Below, one piece after another: positions 40,601 to 55,600 of a stretch of 64,000 nucleotides of DNA. The translations under genes were made by a program, and so were the position numbers. Under the pieces are notes generated by a model, which saw nothing but the letters and a program-made list of their open reading frames with translations, did not search any database and had not been told where the DNA came from. Where the stretch lies: the NCBI RefSeq assembly GCF_009914755.1, contig NC_060929.1. One strand, written 5' to 3'. Each line of letters starts with the position of its first letter. The first letter of the stretch is position 1. This stretch comes from the human T2T-CHM13v2.0 reference genome, Homo sapiens.

Positions 40601-43600
40601 TTCAACTCTCAGAGTTTAACTTTGCTTTTCATTCAGCAGTTTGGAAACACTCTGTTTGTAAAGTCTGCACGTGGATAATTTGACCACTTAGAGGCCTTCG
40701 TTGGAAACGGGTTTTTTTCATGTAAGGCTAGACAGAAGAATTCTCAGTAACTTCCTTGTGTTGTGTGTATTCAACTCACAGAGTTGACCGATCCTTTACA
40801 CAGAGCAGACTTGTAACACTCTTTTTGTGGAATTTGCAAGTGGAGATTTCAGCCGCTTTGAAGTCAAAGGTAGAAAAGGGAATATCTTCCTATAAAAACT
40901 AGACAGAATGATTCTCAGAAACTCCTTTGTGATGTGTGCGTTCAACTCACAGAGTTTAACCTTTCTTTTCATAGAGCAGTTAGGAAACACTCTGTTTCTA
41001 AAGTCTGCAAGTGGATATTCAGACCTCTTTGAGGCCTTCGTTGGAAACGGGTTTTTTTCATATAAGGCTAGAGAGAAGAATTCCCAGTAACTTCCTTGTG
41101 TTGTGTGTGTTCAACTCACAGAGTTGAACTTTCATTTACACAGAGCAGATTTGAAACACTCTTTTTGTGGAATTTGCAAATGGAGATTTCAAGCGCTTTG
41201 AGGCCAAAGGCAGAAAAGGAAATATCTTCGTATAAAAACTAGACAGAATCATTCTCAGAAACTGCTCTGCGATGTGTGCGTTCAACTCTCAGAGTTTAAC
41301 TTTGCTTTTCATTCAGCAGTTTGGAAACACTCTGTTTGTAAAGTCTGCACGTGGATAATTTGACCACTTAGAGGCCTTCGTTGGAAACGGGTTTTTTTCA
41401 TGTAAGGCTAGACAGAAGAATTCTCAGTAACTTCCTTGTGTTGTGTGTATTCAACTCACACAGTTGAACGATCCTTTACACAGAGCAGACTTGTAACACT
41501 CTTTTTGTGGAATTTGCAAGTGGAGATTTCAGCCGCTTTGAAGTCAAAGGTAGAAAAGGAAATATCTTCCTATAAAAACTAGACAGAATGATTCTCAGAA
41601 ACTCCTTTGTGATGTGTGCGTTCAACTCACAGAGTTTAACCTTTCTTTTCATAGAGCAGTTAGGAAACACTCTGTTTGTAAAGTCTCCAAGTGGATATTC
41701 AGACCTCTTTGAGGCCTTCGTTGGAAACGGGTTTTTTTCATATAAGGCTAGACAGAAGAATTCCCAGTAACTTCCTTGTGTTGTGTGTGTTCAACTCACA
41801 GAGTTGAACTTTCATTTACACAGAGCAGATTTGAAACACTCTTTTTGTGGAATTTGCAAGTGGAGATTTCAAGCGCTTTGAGGCCAAAGGCAGAAAAGGA
41901 AATATCTTCGTATAAAAACTAGACAGAATCATTCTCAGAAACTGCTCTGCGATGTGTGCGTTCAACTCTCAGAGTTTAACTTTTCTTCTCATTCAGCAGT
42001 TTGGAAACACTCTGTTTGTAAAGTCTGCACGTGGATAATTTGACCACTTAGAGGCCTTCGTTGGAAACGGGTTTTTTTCATGTAAGGCTAGACAGAAGAA
42101 TTCTCAGTAACTTCCTTGTGTTGTGTGTATTCAACTCACAGAGTTGAACGATCCTTTACACAGAGCAGACTTGTAACACTCTTTTTGTGGAATTTGCAAG
42201 TGGAGATTTCAGCCGCTTTGAAGTCAAAGGTAGAAAAGGAAATATCTTCCTATAAAAACTAGACAGAATGATTCTCAGAAACTCCTTTGTGATGTGTGTT
42301 TTCAACTCACAGAGTTTAACCTTTCTTTTCATAGAGCAGTTAGGAATCACTCTGTTTGTAAAGTCTGCAAGTGGATATTCAGACCTCTTTGAGGCCTTCG
42401 TTGGAAACGGGTTTTTTTCATATAAGGCTAGACAGAAGAATTCCCAGTAACTTCCTTGTGTTGTGTGTGTTCAACTCACAGAGTTGAACTTTCATTTACA
42501 CAGAGCAGATTTGAAACACTCTTTTTGTGGAATTTGCAAATGGAGATTTCAAGCGCTTTGAGGCCAAAGGCAGAAAAGGAAATATCTTTGTATAAAAACT
42601 AGACAGAATCATTCTCAGAAACTGCTCTGCGATGTGTGCGTTCAACTCTCAGAGTTTAACTTTGCTTTTCATTCAGCAGTTTGGAAACACTCTGTTTGTA
42701 AAGTCTGCACGTGGATAATTTGACCACTTAGAGGCCTTCGTTGGAAACGGGTTTTTTTCATGTAAGGCTAGACAGAAGAATTCTCAGTAACTTCCTTGTG
42801 TTGTGTGTATTCAACTCACACAGTTGAACGATCCTTTACACAGAGCAGACTTGTAACACTCTTTTTGTGGAATTTGCAAGTGGAGATTTCAGCCGCTTTG
42901 AAGTCAAAGGTAGAAAAGGAAATATCTTCCTATAAAAACTAGACAGAATGATTCTCAGAAACTCCTTTGTGATGTGTGCGTTCAACTCACAGAGTTTAAC
43001 CTTTCTTTTCATAGAGCAGTTAGGAAACACTCTGTTTGTAAAGTCTCCAAGTGGATATTCAGACCTCTTTGAGGCCTTCGTTGGAAACGGGTTTTTTTCA
43101 TATAAGGCTAGACAGAAGAATTCCCAGTAACTTCCTTGTGTTGTGTGTGTTCAACTCACAGAGTTGAACTTTGATTTACACAGAGCAGATTTGAAACACT
43201 CTTTTTGTGGAATTTGCAAGTGGAGATTTCAAGCGCTTTGAGGCCAAAGGCAGAAAAGGAAATATCTTCGTATAAAAACTAGACAGAATCATTCTCAGAA
43301 ACTGCTCTGCGATGTGTGCGTTCAACTCTCAGAGTTTAACTTTTCTTTTCATTCAGCAGTTTGGAAACACTCTGTTTGTAAAGTCTGCACGTGGATATTT
43401 TGACCACTTAGAGGCCTTCGTTGGAAACGGGTTTTTTTCCTGTAAGGCTAGACAGAAGAATTCCCAGTAACTTCCTTGTGTTGTGTACATTCAACTCACA
43501 GAGTTGAACGTTCCCTTAGACAGAGCAGATTTGAAACACTCTTTTTGTGCAATTGGCAAGTGGAGATTTCAAGCGCTTTAAGGTCAATGGCAGAAAAGGA

Positions 43601-46600
43601 AATATCTTCGTTTCAAAACTAGACAGAATCATTCCCACAAACTGCGTTGTGATGTGTTCGTTCATCTCACAGAGTTTAACCTTTCTTTTCGTAGAGCAGT
43701 TAGGAAACAGTCTGTTTGTAAATTCTGTAAGTGGATATTCTGACATCTTGTGGCCTTCGTTGGAAACGGGATTTCTTCATATTCTGCTAGACAGAAGAAT
43801 TCTCAGAATCTTCCTTGTGTTGTGTGTATTCAACTCACACAGTAGAACGATTGTTTACACAGAGCAGATTTGAAACACTCTTTCTGTGGAATTTGCAAGT
43901 GGAGATTTCAGCCGCTTTGAGGTCAATGGTAGAAAAGGAAATATCTTCGTATAAAAAACTAGACAGAATGATTCTCAGAAACTTCTTTGTGATGTGTGCG
44001 TTCAACTCACAGAGTTTAACCTTTCTTTTCATGGAGCAGTTAGGAAACACTCTGTTTGTAAACTCTGCAAGTGGATATTCAGACCTCTTTGAGGCCTTCG
44101 TTGGAAACGGGATTTCTTCATACTGTGCTAGACAGAAGAATTCTCAGTAACTTCCTTGTGTTGTGTGTATTCAACTCACAGAGTTGAACGATCCTTTACA
44201 CAGAGCAGACTTGAAACACTCTTTTTGTGGAATTTGCAAGTGGAGATTTCAGCCGCGTTGAGGTCAATGGTAGAAAAGGAAATATCTTCGTATAAAAACT
44301 AGACAGAATGATTCTCAGAAACTCCTTTGTGATGTGTGTGTTCAACTCACAGAGTTTAACATTTCTTTTCATAGAGCAGTTAGGAAACACTCTGTTTGTA
44401 AAGTCTGCAAGTGGATATTCAGACCTCTTTGAGGCCTTCGTTGGAAACGGGTTTTTTTCATATAAGGCTAGAGAGAAGAATTCCCAGTAACTTCCTTGTG
44501 TTGTGTGTGTTCAACTCACAGAGTTGAACTTTCATTTACACAGAGCAGATTTGAAACACTCTTTTTGTGGAATTTGCAAGTGGAGATTTCAAGCGCTTTC
44601 AGGCCAAAGGCAGAAAAGGAAATATCTTCGTATAAAAACTAGACAGAATCATTCTCAGAAACTGCTCTGCGATGTGTGCGTTCAACTCTCAGAGTTTAAC
44701 TTTTCTTTTCATTCAGCAGTTTGGAAACACTCTGTTTGTAAAGTCTGCACGTGGATAATTTGACCACTTAGAGGCCTTCGTTGGAAACGGGTTTTTTTCA
44801 TGTAAGGCTAGACAGAAGAATTCTCAGTAACTTCCTTGTGTTGTGTGTATTCAACTCACAGAGTTGACCGATCCTTTACACAGAGCAGACTTGTAACACT
44901 CTTTTTGTGGAATTTGCAAGTGGAGATTTCAGCCGCTTTGAAGTCAAAGGTAGAAAAGGGAATATCTTCCTATAAAAACTAGACAGAATGATTCTCAGAA
45001 ACTCCTTTGTGATGTGTGCGTTCAACTCACAGAGTTTAACCTTTCTTTTCATAGAGCAGTTAGGAAACACTCTGTTTGTAAAGTCTCCAAGTGGATATTC
45101 AGACCTCTTTGAGGCCTTCGTTGGAAACGGGTTTTTTTCATATAAGGCTAGACAGAAGAATTCCCAGTAACTTCCTTGTGTTGTGTGTGTTCAACTCACA
45201 GAGTTGAACTTTCATTTACACAGAGCAGATTTGAAACACTCTTTTTGTGGAATTTGCAAGTGGAGATTTCAAGCGCTGTGAGGCCAAAGGCAGAAAAGGA
45301 AATATCTTCGTATAAAAACTAGACAGAATCATTCTCAGAAACTGCTCTGTGATGTGTGCGTTCAACTCTCAGAGTTTAACTTTTCTTTTCATTCAGCAGT
45401 TTGGAAACACTCTGTTTGTAAAGTCTGCACGTGGATAATTTGACCACTTAGAGGCCTTCGTTGGAAACGGTTTTTTTTAATGTAAGGCTAGACAGAAGAA
45501 TTCTCAGTAACTTCCTTGTGTTGTGTGTATTCAACTCACACAGTTGAACGATTCTTTACACAGAGCAGACTTGTAACACTCTTTTTGTGGAATTTGCAAG
45601 TGGAGATTTCAGCCGCTTTGAAGTCAAAGGTGGAAAAGGAAATATCTTCCTATAAAAACTAGACAGAATGATTCTCAGAAACTCCTTTGTGATGTGTGCG
45701 TTCAACTCACAGAGTTTAACCTTTCTTTTCATAGAGCAGTTAGGAAACACTCTGTTTGTAAAGTCTGCAAGTGGATATTCAGACCTCTTTGAGGCCTTCG
45801 TTGGAAACGGGTTTTTTTCATATAAGGCTAGACAGAAGAATTCCCAGTAACTTCCTTGTGTTGTGTGTGTTCAACTCACAGAGTTGAACTTTCATTTACA
45901 CAGAGCAGATTTGAAACACTCTTTTTGTGGAATTTGCAAATGGAGATTTCATGCGCTTTGAGGCCAAAGGCAGAAAAGGAAATATCTTCGTATAAAAACT
46001 AGACAGAATCATTCTCAGAAACTGCTCTGCAATGTGTGCGTTCAACTCTCAGAGTTTAACTTTTCTTTTCATTCAGCAGTTTGGAAACACTCTGTTTGTA
46101 AAGTCTGCACGTGGATAATTTGACCACTTAGAGGCCTTCGTTGGAAACGGGTTTTTTTCATGTAAGGCTAGACAGAAGAATTCTCAGTAACTTCCTTGTG
46201 TTGTGTGTATTCAACTCACAGAGTTGAACGATCCTTTACACAGAGCAGACTTGTAACACTCTTTTTGTGGAATTTGCAAGTGGAGATTTCAGCCGCTTTG
46301 AAGTCAAAGGTAGAAAAGGAAATATCTTCCTATAAAAACTAGACAGAATGATTCTCAGAAACTCCTTTGTGATGTGTGCGTTCAACTCACAGAGTTTAAC
46401 CTTTCTTTTCATAGAGCAGTTAGGAAACACTCTGCTTGTAAAGTCTGCAAGTGGATATTCAGCCCTCTTTGAGGCCTTCGTTGGAAACGGGTTTTTTTCA
46501 TATAAGGCTAGACAGAAGAATTCCCAGTAACTTCCTTGTGTTGTGTGTGTTCAACTCACAGAGTTGAACTTTCATTTACACAGAGCAGATTTGAAACACT

Positions 46601-49600
46601 CTTTTTGTGGAATTTGCAAATGGAGATTTCAAGCGCTTTGAGGCCAAAGGCAGAAAAGGAAATATCTTCGTATAAAAACTAGACAGAATCATTCTCAGAA
46701 ACTGCTCTGCGATGTGTGCGTTCAACTCTCAGAGTTTAACTTTGCTTTTCATTCAGCAGTTTGGAAACACTCTGTTTGTAAAGTCTGCACGTGGATAATT
46801 TGACCACTTAGAGGCCTTCGTTGGAAACGGGTTTTTTTCATGTAAGGCTAGACAGAAGAATTCTCAGTAACTTCCTTGTGTTGTGTGTATTCAACTCACA
46901 GAGTTGAACGATCCTTTACACAGAGCAGACTTGTAACACTCTTTTTGTGGAATTTGCAAGTGGAGATTTCAGCCGCTTTGAAGTCAAAGGTAGAAAAGGA
47001 AATATCTTCCTATAAAAACTAGACAGAATGATTCTCAGAAACTCCTTTGTGATGTGTGCGTTCAACTCACAGAGTTTAACCTTTCTTTTCATAGAGCAGT
47101 TAGGAAACACTCTGTTTGTAAAGTCTCCAAGTGGATATTCAGACCTCTTTGAGGCCTTCGTTGGAAACGGGTTTTTTTCATATAAGGCTAGACAGAAGAA
47201 TTCCCAGTAACTTCCTTGTGTTGTGTGTGTTCAACTCACAGAGTTGAACTTTGATTTACACAGAGCAGATTTGAAACACTCTTTTTGTGGAATTTGCAAG
47301 TGGAGATTTCAAGCGCTTTGAGGCCAAAGGCAGAAAAGGAAATATCTTCGTATAAAAACTAGACAGAATCATTCTCAGAAACTGCTCTGCGATGTGTGCG
47401 TTCAACTCTCAGAGTTTAACTTTTCTTTTCATTCAGCAGTTTGGAAACACTCTGTTTGTAAAGTCTGCACGTGGATATTTTGACCACTTAGAGGCCTTCG
47501 TTGGAAACGGGTTTTTTTCCTGTAAGGCTAGACAGAAGAATTCCCAGTAACTTCCTTGTGTTGTGTACATTCAACTCACAGAGTTGAACGTTCCCTTAGA
47601 CAGAGCAGATTTGAAACACTCTTTTTGTGCAATTGGCAAGTGGAGATTTCAAGCGCTTTAAGGTCAATGGCAGAAAAGGAAATATCTTCGTTTCAAAACT
47701 AGACAGAATCATTCCCACAAACTGCGTTGTGATGTGTTCGTTCATCTCACAGAGTTTAACCTTTCTTTTCGTAGAGCAGTTAGGAAACAGTCTGTTTGTA
47801 AATTCTGTAAGTGGATATTCTGACATCTTGTGGCCTTCGTTGGAAACGGGATTTCTTCATATTCTGCTAGACAGAAGAATTCTCAGAATCTTCCTTGTGT
47901 TGTGTGTATTCAACTCACACAGTTGAACGATTGTTTACACAGAGCAGATTTGAAACACTCTTTCTGTGGAATTTGCACGTGGAGATTTCAGCCGCTTTGA
48001 GGTCAATGGTAGAAAAGGAAATATCTTCGTATAAAAACTAGACAGAATGATTCTCAGAAACTTCTTTGTTATGTGTGCGTTCAACTCACAGAGTTTAACC
48101 TTTCTTTTCATGGAGCAGTTAGGAAACACTCTGTTTGTAAACTCTGCAAGTGGATATTCAGACCTCTTTGAGGCCTTCGTTGGAAACGGGATTTCTTCAT
48201 ACTGTGCTAGACAGAAGAATTCTCAGTAACTTCCTTGTGTTGTGTGTATTCAACTCACAGAGTTGAACGATCCTTTACACAGAGCAGACTTGAAACACTC
48301 TTTTTGTGGAATTTGCAAGTGGAGATTTCAGCCGCGTTGAGGTCAATGGTAGAAAAGGAAATATCTTCGTATAAAAACTAGACAGAATGATTCTCAGAAA
48401 CTCCTTTGTGATGTGTGTGTTCAACTCACAGAGTTTAACATTTCTTTTCATAGAGCAGTTAGGAAACACTCTGTTTTTAAAGTCTGCAAGTGGATATTCA
48501 GACCTCTTTGAGGCCTTCGTTGGAAACGGGTTTTTTTCATATAAGGCTAGACAGAAGAATTCCCAGTAACTTCCTTGTGTTGTGTGTGTTCAACTCACAG
48601 AGTTGAACTTTCATTTACACAGAGCAGATTTGAAACACTCTTTTTGTGGAATTTGCAAGTGGAGATTTCAAGCGCTTTCAGGCCAAAGGCAGAAAAGGAA
48701 ATATCTTCGTATAAAAACTAGACAGAATCATTCTCAGAAACTGCTCTGCGATGTGTGCGTTCAACTCTCAGAGTTTAACTTTTCTTTTCATTCAGCAGTT
48801 TGGAAACACTCTGTTTGTAAAGTCTGCACGTGGATAATTTGACCACTTAGAGTCCTTCGTTGGAAACGGGTTTTTTTCATGTAAGGCTAGACAGAAGAAT
48901 TCTCAGTAACTTCCTTGTGTTGTGTGTATTCAACTCACAGAGTTGAACGATCCTTTACACAGAGCAGACTTGAAACACTCTTTTTGTGGAATTTGCAAGT
49001 GGAGATTTCAGCCGCGTTGAGGTCAATGGTAGAAAAGGAAATATCTTCGTATAAAAACTAGACAGAATGATTCTCAGAAACTCCTTTGTGATTTGTGTGT
49101 TCAACTCACAGAGTTTAACATTTCTTTTCATAGAGCAGTTAGGAAACACTCTGTTTGTAAAGTCTGCAAGTAGATATTCAGACCTCTTTGAGGCCTTCGT
49201 TGGAAACGGGTTTTTTTCATATAAGGCTAGACAGAAGAATTCCCAGTAACTTCTTTGTGTTGTGTGTGTTCAACTCACAGAGTTGAACTTTCATTTACAC
49301 AGAGCAGATTTGAAACACTCTTTTTGTGGAATTTGCAAGTGGAGATATCAAGCGCTTTCAGGCCAAAGGCAGAAAAGGAAATATCTTCGTATAAAAACTA
49401 GACAGAATCATTCTCAGAAACTGCTCTGCGATGTGTGCGTTCAACTCTCAGAGTTTAACTTTTCTTTTCATTCAGCAGTTTGGAAACACTCTGTTTGTAA
49501 AGTCTGCACGTGGATAATTTGACCACTTAGAGGCCTTCGTTGGAAACGGGTTTTTTTCATGTAAGGCTAGACAGAAGAATTCTCAGTAACTTCCTTGTTT

Positions 49601-52600
49601 TGTGTGTATTCAACTCACAGAGTTGAACGATCCTTTACACAGAGCAGACTTGTAACACTCTTTTTGTGGAATTTGCAAGTGGAGATTTCAGCCGCTTTGA
49701 AGTCAAAGGTAGAAAAGGAAATATCTTCCTATAAAAACTAAACAGAATGATTCTCAGAAACTCCTTTGTGATGTGTGCGTTCAACTCACAGAGTTTAACC
49801 TTTCTTTTCATAGAGCAGTTAGGAAACACTCTGCTTGTAAAGTCTGCAAGTGGATATTCAGCCCTCTTTGAGGCCTTCGTTGGAAACGGGTTTTTTTCAT
49901 ATAAGGCTAGACAGAAGAATTCCCAGTAACTTCCTTGTGTTGTGTGTGTTCAACTCACAGAGTTGAACTTTGATTTACACAGAGCAGATTTGAAACACTC
50001 TTTTTGTGGAATTTGCAAGTGGAGATTTCAAGCGCTTTGAGGCCAAAGGCAGAAAAGGAAATATCTTCGTATAAAAACTAGACAGAATCATTCTCAGAAA
50101 CTGCTCTGCGATGTGTGCGTTCAACTCTCAGAGTTTAACTTTTCTTTTCATTCAGCAGTTTGGAAACACTCTGTTTGTAAAGTCTGCACGTGGATATTTT
50201 GACCACTTAGAGGCCTTCGTTGGAAACGGGTTTTTTTCCTGTAAGGCTAGACAGAAGAATTCCCAGTAACTTCCTTGTGTTGTGTACATTCAACTCACAG
50301 AGTTGAACGTTCCCTTAGACAGAGCAGATTTGAAACACTCTTTTTGTGCAATTGGCAAGTGGAGATTTCAAGCGCTTTAAGGTCAATGGCAGAAAAGGAA
50401 ATATCTTCGTTTCAAAACTAGACAGAATCATTCCCACAAACTGCGTTGTGATGTGTTCGTTCATCTCACAGAGTTTAACCTTTCTTTTCGTAGAGCAGTT
50501 AGGAAACAGTCTGTTTGTAAATTCTGTAAGTGGATATTCTGACATCTTGTGGCCTTCGTTGGAAACGGGATTTCTTCATATTCTGCTAGACAGAAGAATT
50601 CTCAGAATCTTCCTTGTGTTGTGTGTATTCAACTCACACAGTTGAACGATTGTTTACACAGAGCAGATTTGAAACACTCTTTCTGTGGAATTTGCACGTG
50701 GAGATTTCAGCCGCTTTGAGGTCAATGGTAGAAAAGGAAATATCTTCGTATAAAAACTAGACAGAATGATTCTCAGAAACTTCTTTGTGATGTGTGCGTT
50801 CAACTCACAGAGTTTAACCTTTCTTTTCATGGAGCAGTTAGGAAACACTCTGTTTGTAAACTCTGCAAGTGGATATTCAGACCTATTTGAGGCCTTCGTT
50901 GGAAACGGGATTTCTTCATACTGTGCTAGACAGAAGAATTCTCAGTAACTTCCTTGTGTTGTGTGTATTCAACTCACAGAGTGGAACGATCCTTTACACA
51001 GAGCAGACTTGGAACACTCTTTTTGTGGAATTTGCAAGTGCAGATTTCAGCCGCGTTGAGGTCAATGGTAGAAAAGGAAATATCTTCGTATAAAAACTAG
51101 ACAGAATGATTCTCAGAAACTCCTTTGTGATGTGTGTGTTCAACTCACAGAGTTTAACATTTCTTTTCATAGAGCAGTTAGGAAACACTCTGTTTTTAAA
51201 GTCTGCAAGTGGATATTCAGACCTCTTTGAGGCCTTCGTTGGAAACGGGTTTTTTCATATAAGGCTAGGCAGAAGAATTCCCAGTAACTTCCTTGTGTTG
51301 TGTGTGTTCAACTCACAGAGTTGAACTTTCATTTACACAGAGCAGATTTGAAACACTCTTTTTGTGGAATTTGCAAGTGGAGATTTCAAGCGCTTTCAGG
51401 CCAAAGGCAGAAAAGGAAATATCTTCGTATAAAAACTAGACAGAATCATTCTCAGAAACTGCTCTGCGATGTGTGCGTTCAACTCTCAGAGTTTAACTTT
51501 TCTTTTCATTTAGCAGTTTGGAAACACTCTGTTTGTAAAGTCTGCACGTGGATAATTTGACCACTTAGAGGCCTTCGTTGGAAACGGGTTTTTTTCATGT
51601 AAGGCTAGACAGAAGAATTCTCAGTAACTTCCTTGTGTTGTGTGTATTCAACTCACAGAGTTGAACGATCCTTTACACAGAGCAGACTTGAAACACTCTT
51701 TTTGTGGAATTTGCAAGTGGAGATTTCAGCCGCGTTGAGGTCAATGGTAGAAAAGGAAATATCTTCGTATAAAAACTAGACAGAATGATTCTCAGAAACT
51801 CCTTTGTGATTTGTGTGTTCAACTCACAGAGTTTAACATTTCTTTTCATAGAGCAGTTAGGAAACACTCTGTTTGTAAAGTCTGCAAGTGGATATTCAGA
51901 CCTCTTTGAGGCCTTCGTTGGAAACGGGTTTTTTTCATATAAGGCTAGACAGAAGAATTCCCAGTAACTTCTTTGTGTTGTGTGTGTTCAACTCACAGAG
52001 TTGAACTTTCATTTACACAGAGCAGATTTGAAACACTCTTTTTGTGGAATTTGCAAGTGGAGATTTCAAGCGCTTTGAGGCCAAAGGCAGAAAAGGAAAT
52101 ATCTTCGTATAAAAACTAGACAGAATCATTCTCAGAAACTGCTCTGCGATGTGTGCGTTCAACTCTCAGAGTTTAACTTTTCTTTTCATTCAGCAGTTTG
52201 GAAACACTCTGTTTGTAAAGTCTGCACGTGGATAATTTGACCACTTAGAGGCCTTCGTTGGAAACGGGTTTTTTTCATGTAAGGCTAGACAGAAGAATTC
52301 TCAGTAACTTCCTCGTTTTGTGTGTATTCAACTCACAGAGTTGAACGATCCTTTACACAGAGCAGACTTGTAACACTCTTTTTGTGGAATTTGCAAGTGG
52401 AGATTTCAGCCGCTTTGAAGTCAAAGGTAGAAAAGGAAATATCTTCCTATAAAAACTAGACAGAATGATTCTCAGAAACTCCTTTGTGATGTGTGCGTTC
52501 AACTCACAGAGTTTAACCTTTCTTTTCATAGAGCAGTTAGGAAACACTCTGCTTGTAAAGTCTGCAAGTGGATATTCAGCCCTCTTTGAGGCCTTCGTTG

Positions 52601-55600
52601 GAAACGGGTTTTTTTCATATAAGGCTAGACAGAAGAATTCCCAGTAACTTCCTTGTGTTGTGTGTGTTCAACTCACAGAGTTGAACTTTGATTTACACAG
52701 AGCAGATTTGAAACACTCTTTTTGTGGAATTTGCAAGTGGAGATTTCAAGCGCTTTGAGGCCAAAGGCAGAAAAGGAAATATCTTCGTATAAAAACTAGA
52801 CAGAATCATTCTCAGAAACTGCTCTGCGATGTGTGCGTTCAACTCTCAGAGTTTAACTTTTCTTTTCATTCAGCAGTTTGGAAACACTCTGTTTGTAAAG
52901 TCTGCACGTGGATATTTTGACCACTTAGAGGCCTTCGTTGGAAACGGGTTTTTTTCCTGTAAGGCTAGACAGAAGAATTCCCAGTAACTTCCTTGTGTTG
53001 TGTACATTCAACTCACAGAGTTGAACGTTCCCTTAGACAGAGCAGATTTGAAACACTCTTTTTGTGCAATTGGCAAGTGGAGATTTCAAGCGCTTTAAGG
53101 TCAATGGCAGAAAAGGAAATATCTTCGTTTCAAAACTAGACAGAATCATTCCCACAAACTGCGTTGTGATGTGTTCGTTCATCTCACAGAGTTTAACCTT
53201 TCTTTTCGTAGAGCAGTTAGGAAACAGTCTGTTTGTAAATTCTGTAAGTGGATATTCTGACATCTTGTGGCCTTCGTTGGAAACGGGATTTCTTCATATT
53301 CTGCTAGACAGAAGAATTCTCAGAATCTTCCTTGTGTTGTGTGTATTCAACTCACACAGTTGAACGATTGTTTACACAGAGCAGATTTGAAACACTCTTT
53401 TTGTGGAATTTGCAAGTGGAGATTTCAGCCGCTTTGAGGTCCATGGTAGAAAAGGAAATATCTTCGTATAAAAACTAGACAGAATGATTCTCAGAAACTT
53501 CTTTGTGATGTGTGCGTTCAACTCACAGAGTTTAACCTTTCTTTTCATAGAGCAGTTAGGAAACACTCTGTTTGTAAACTCTGCAAGTGGATATTCAGAC
53601 CTCTTTGAGGCCTTCGTTGGAAACGGGATTTCTTCATACTGTGCTAGACAGAAGAATTCTCAGTAACTTCCTTGTGTTGTGTGTATTCAACTCACAGAGT
53701 TGAACGATCCTTTACACAGAGCAGACTTGAAACGCTCTTTTTGTGGAATTTGCAAGTGGAGATTTCAGCCGCGTTGAGGTCAATGGTAGAAAAGGAAATA
53801 TCTTCGTATAAAAACTAGACAGAATGATTCTCAGAAACTCCTTTGTGATGTGTGCGTTCAACTCACAGAGTTTAACCTTTCTTTTCATAGAGCAGTTAGG
53901 AATCACTCTGTTTTTAAAGTCTGCAAGTGGATATTCAGACCTCTTTGAGGCCTTCGTTGGAAACGGGTTTTTTTCATATAAGGCTAGACAGAAGAATTCC
54001 CAGTAACTTCCTTGTGTTGTGTGTGTTCAACTCACAGAGTTGAACTTTCATTTACACAGAGCAGATTTGAAACACTCTTTTTGTGGAATTTGCAAATGGA
54101 GATTTCAAGCGCTTTGAGGTCAAAGGCAGAAAAGAAAATATCTTCGTATAAAAACTAGACAGAATCATTCTCAGAAACTGCTCTGCGATGTGTGCGTTCA
54201 ACTCTCAGAGTTTAACTTTGCTTTTCATTCAGCAGTTTGGAAACACTCTGTTTGTAAAGTCTGCACGTGGATAATTTGACCACTTAGAGGCCTTCGTTGG
54301 AAACGGGTTTTTTTCATGTAAGGCTAGACAGAAGAATTCTCAGTAACTTCCTTGTGTTGTGTGTATTCAACTCACACAGTTGAACGATCCTTTACACAGA
54401 GCAGACTTGTAACACTCTTTTTGTGGAATTTGCAAGTGGAGATTTCAGCCGCTTTGAAGTCAAAGGTAGAAAAGGAAATATCTTCCTATAAAAACTAGAC
54501 AGAATGATTCTCAGAAACTCCTTTGTGATGTGTGCGTTCAACTCACAGAGTTTAACCTTTCTTTTCATAGAGCAGTTAGGAAACACTCTGTTTGTAAAGT
54601 CTCCAAGTGGATATTCAGACCTCTTTGAGGCCTTCGTTGGAAACGGGTTTTTTTCATGTAAGGCTAGACAGAAGAATTCCCAGTAACTTCCTTGTGTTGT
54701 GTGTGTTCTACTCACAGAGTTGAACTTTGATTTACACAGAGCAGATTTGAAACACTCTTTTTGTGGAATTTGCAAGTGGAGATTTCAAGCGCTTTGAGGC
54801 CAAAGGCAGAAAAGGAAATATCTTCGTATAAAAACTAGACAGAATCATTCTCAGAAACTGCTCTGCGATGTGTGCGTTCAACTCTCAGAGTTTAACTTTT
54901 CTTTTCATTCAGCAGTTTGGAAACACTCTGTTTGTAAAGTCTGCACGTGGATATTTTGACCACTTAGAGGCCTTCGTTGGAAACGGGTTTTTTTCCTGTA
55001 AGGCTAGACAGAAGAATTCCCAGTAACTTCCTTGTGTTGTGTACATTCAACTCACAGAGTTGAACGTTCCCTTAGACAGAGCAGATTTGAAACACTCTTT
55101 TTGTGCAATTGGCAAGTGGAGATTTCAAGCGCTTTAAGGTCAATGGCAGAAAAGGAAATATCTTCGTTTCAAAACTAGACAGAATCATTCCCACAAACTG
55201 CGTTGTGATGTGTTCGTTCATCTCACAGAGTTTAACCTTTCTTTTCGTAGAGCAGTTAGGAAACAGTCTGTTTGTAAATTCTGTAAGTGGATATTCTGAC
55301 ATCTTGTGGCCTTCGTTGGAAACGGGATTTCTTCATATTCTGCTAGACAGAAGAATTCTCAGAATCTTCCTTGTGTTGTGTGTATTCAACTCACACAGTT
55401 GAACGATTGTTTACACAGAGCAGATTTGAAACACTCTTTTTGTGGAATTTGCAAGTGGAGATTTCAGCCGCTTTGAGGTCAATGGTAGAAAAGGAAATAT
55501 CTTCGTATAAAAACTAGACAGAATGATTCTCAGAAACTTCTTTGTGATGTGTGCGTTCAACTCACAGAGTTTAACCTTTCTTTTCATAGAGCAGTTAGGA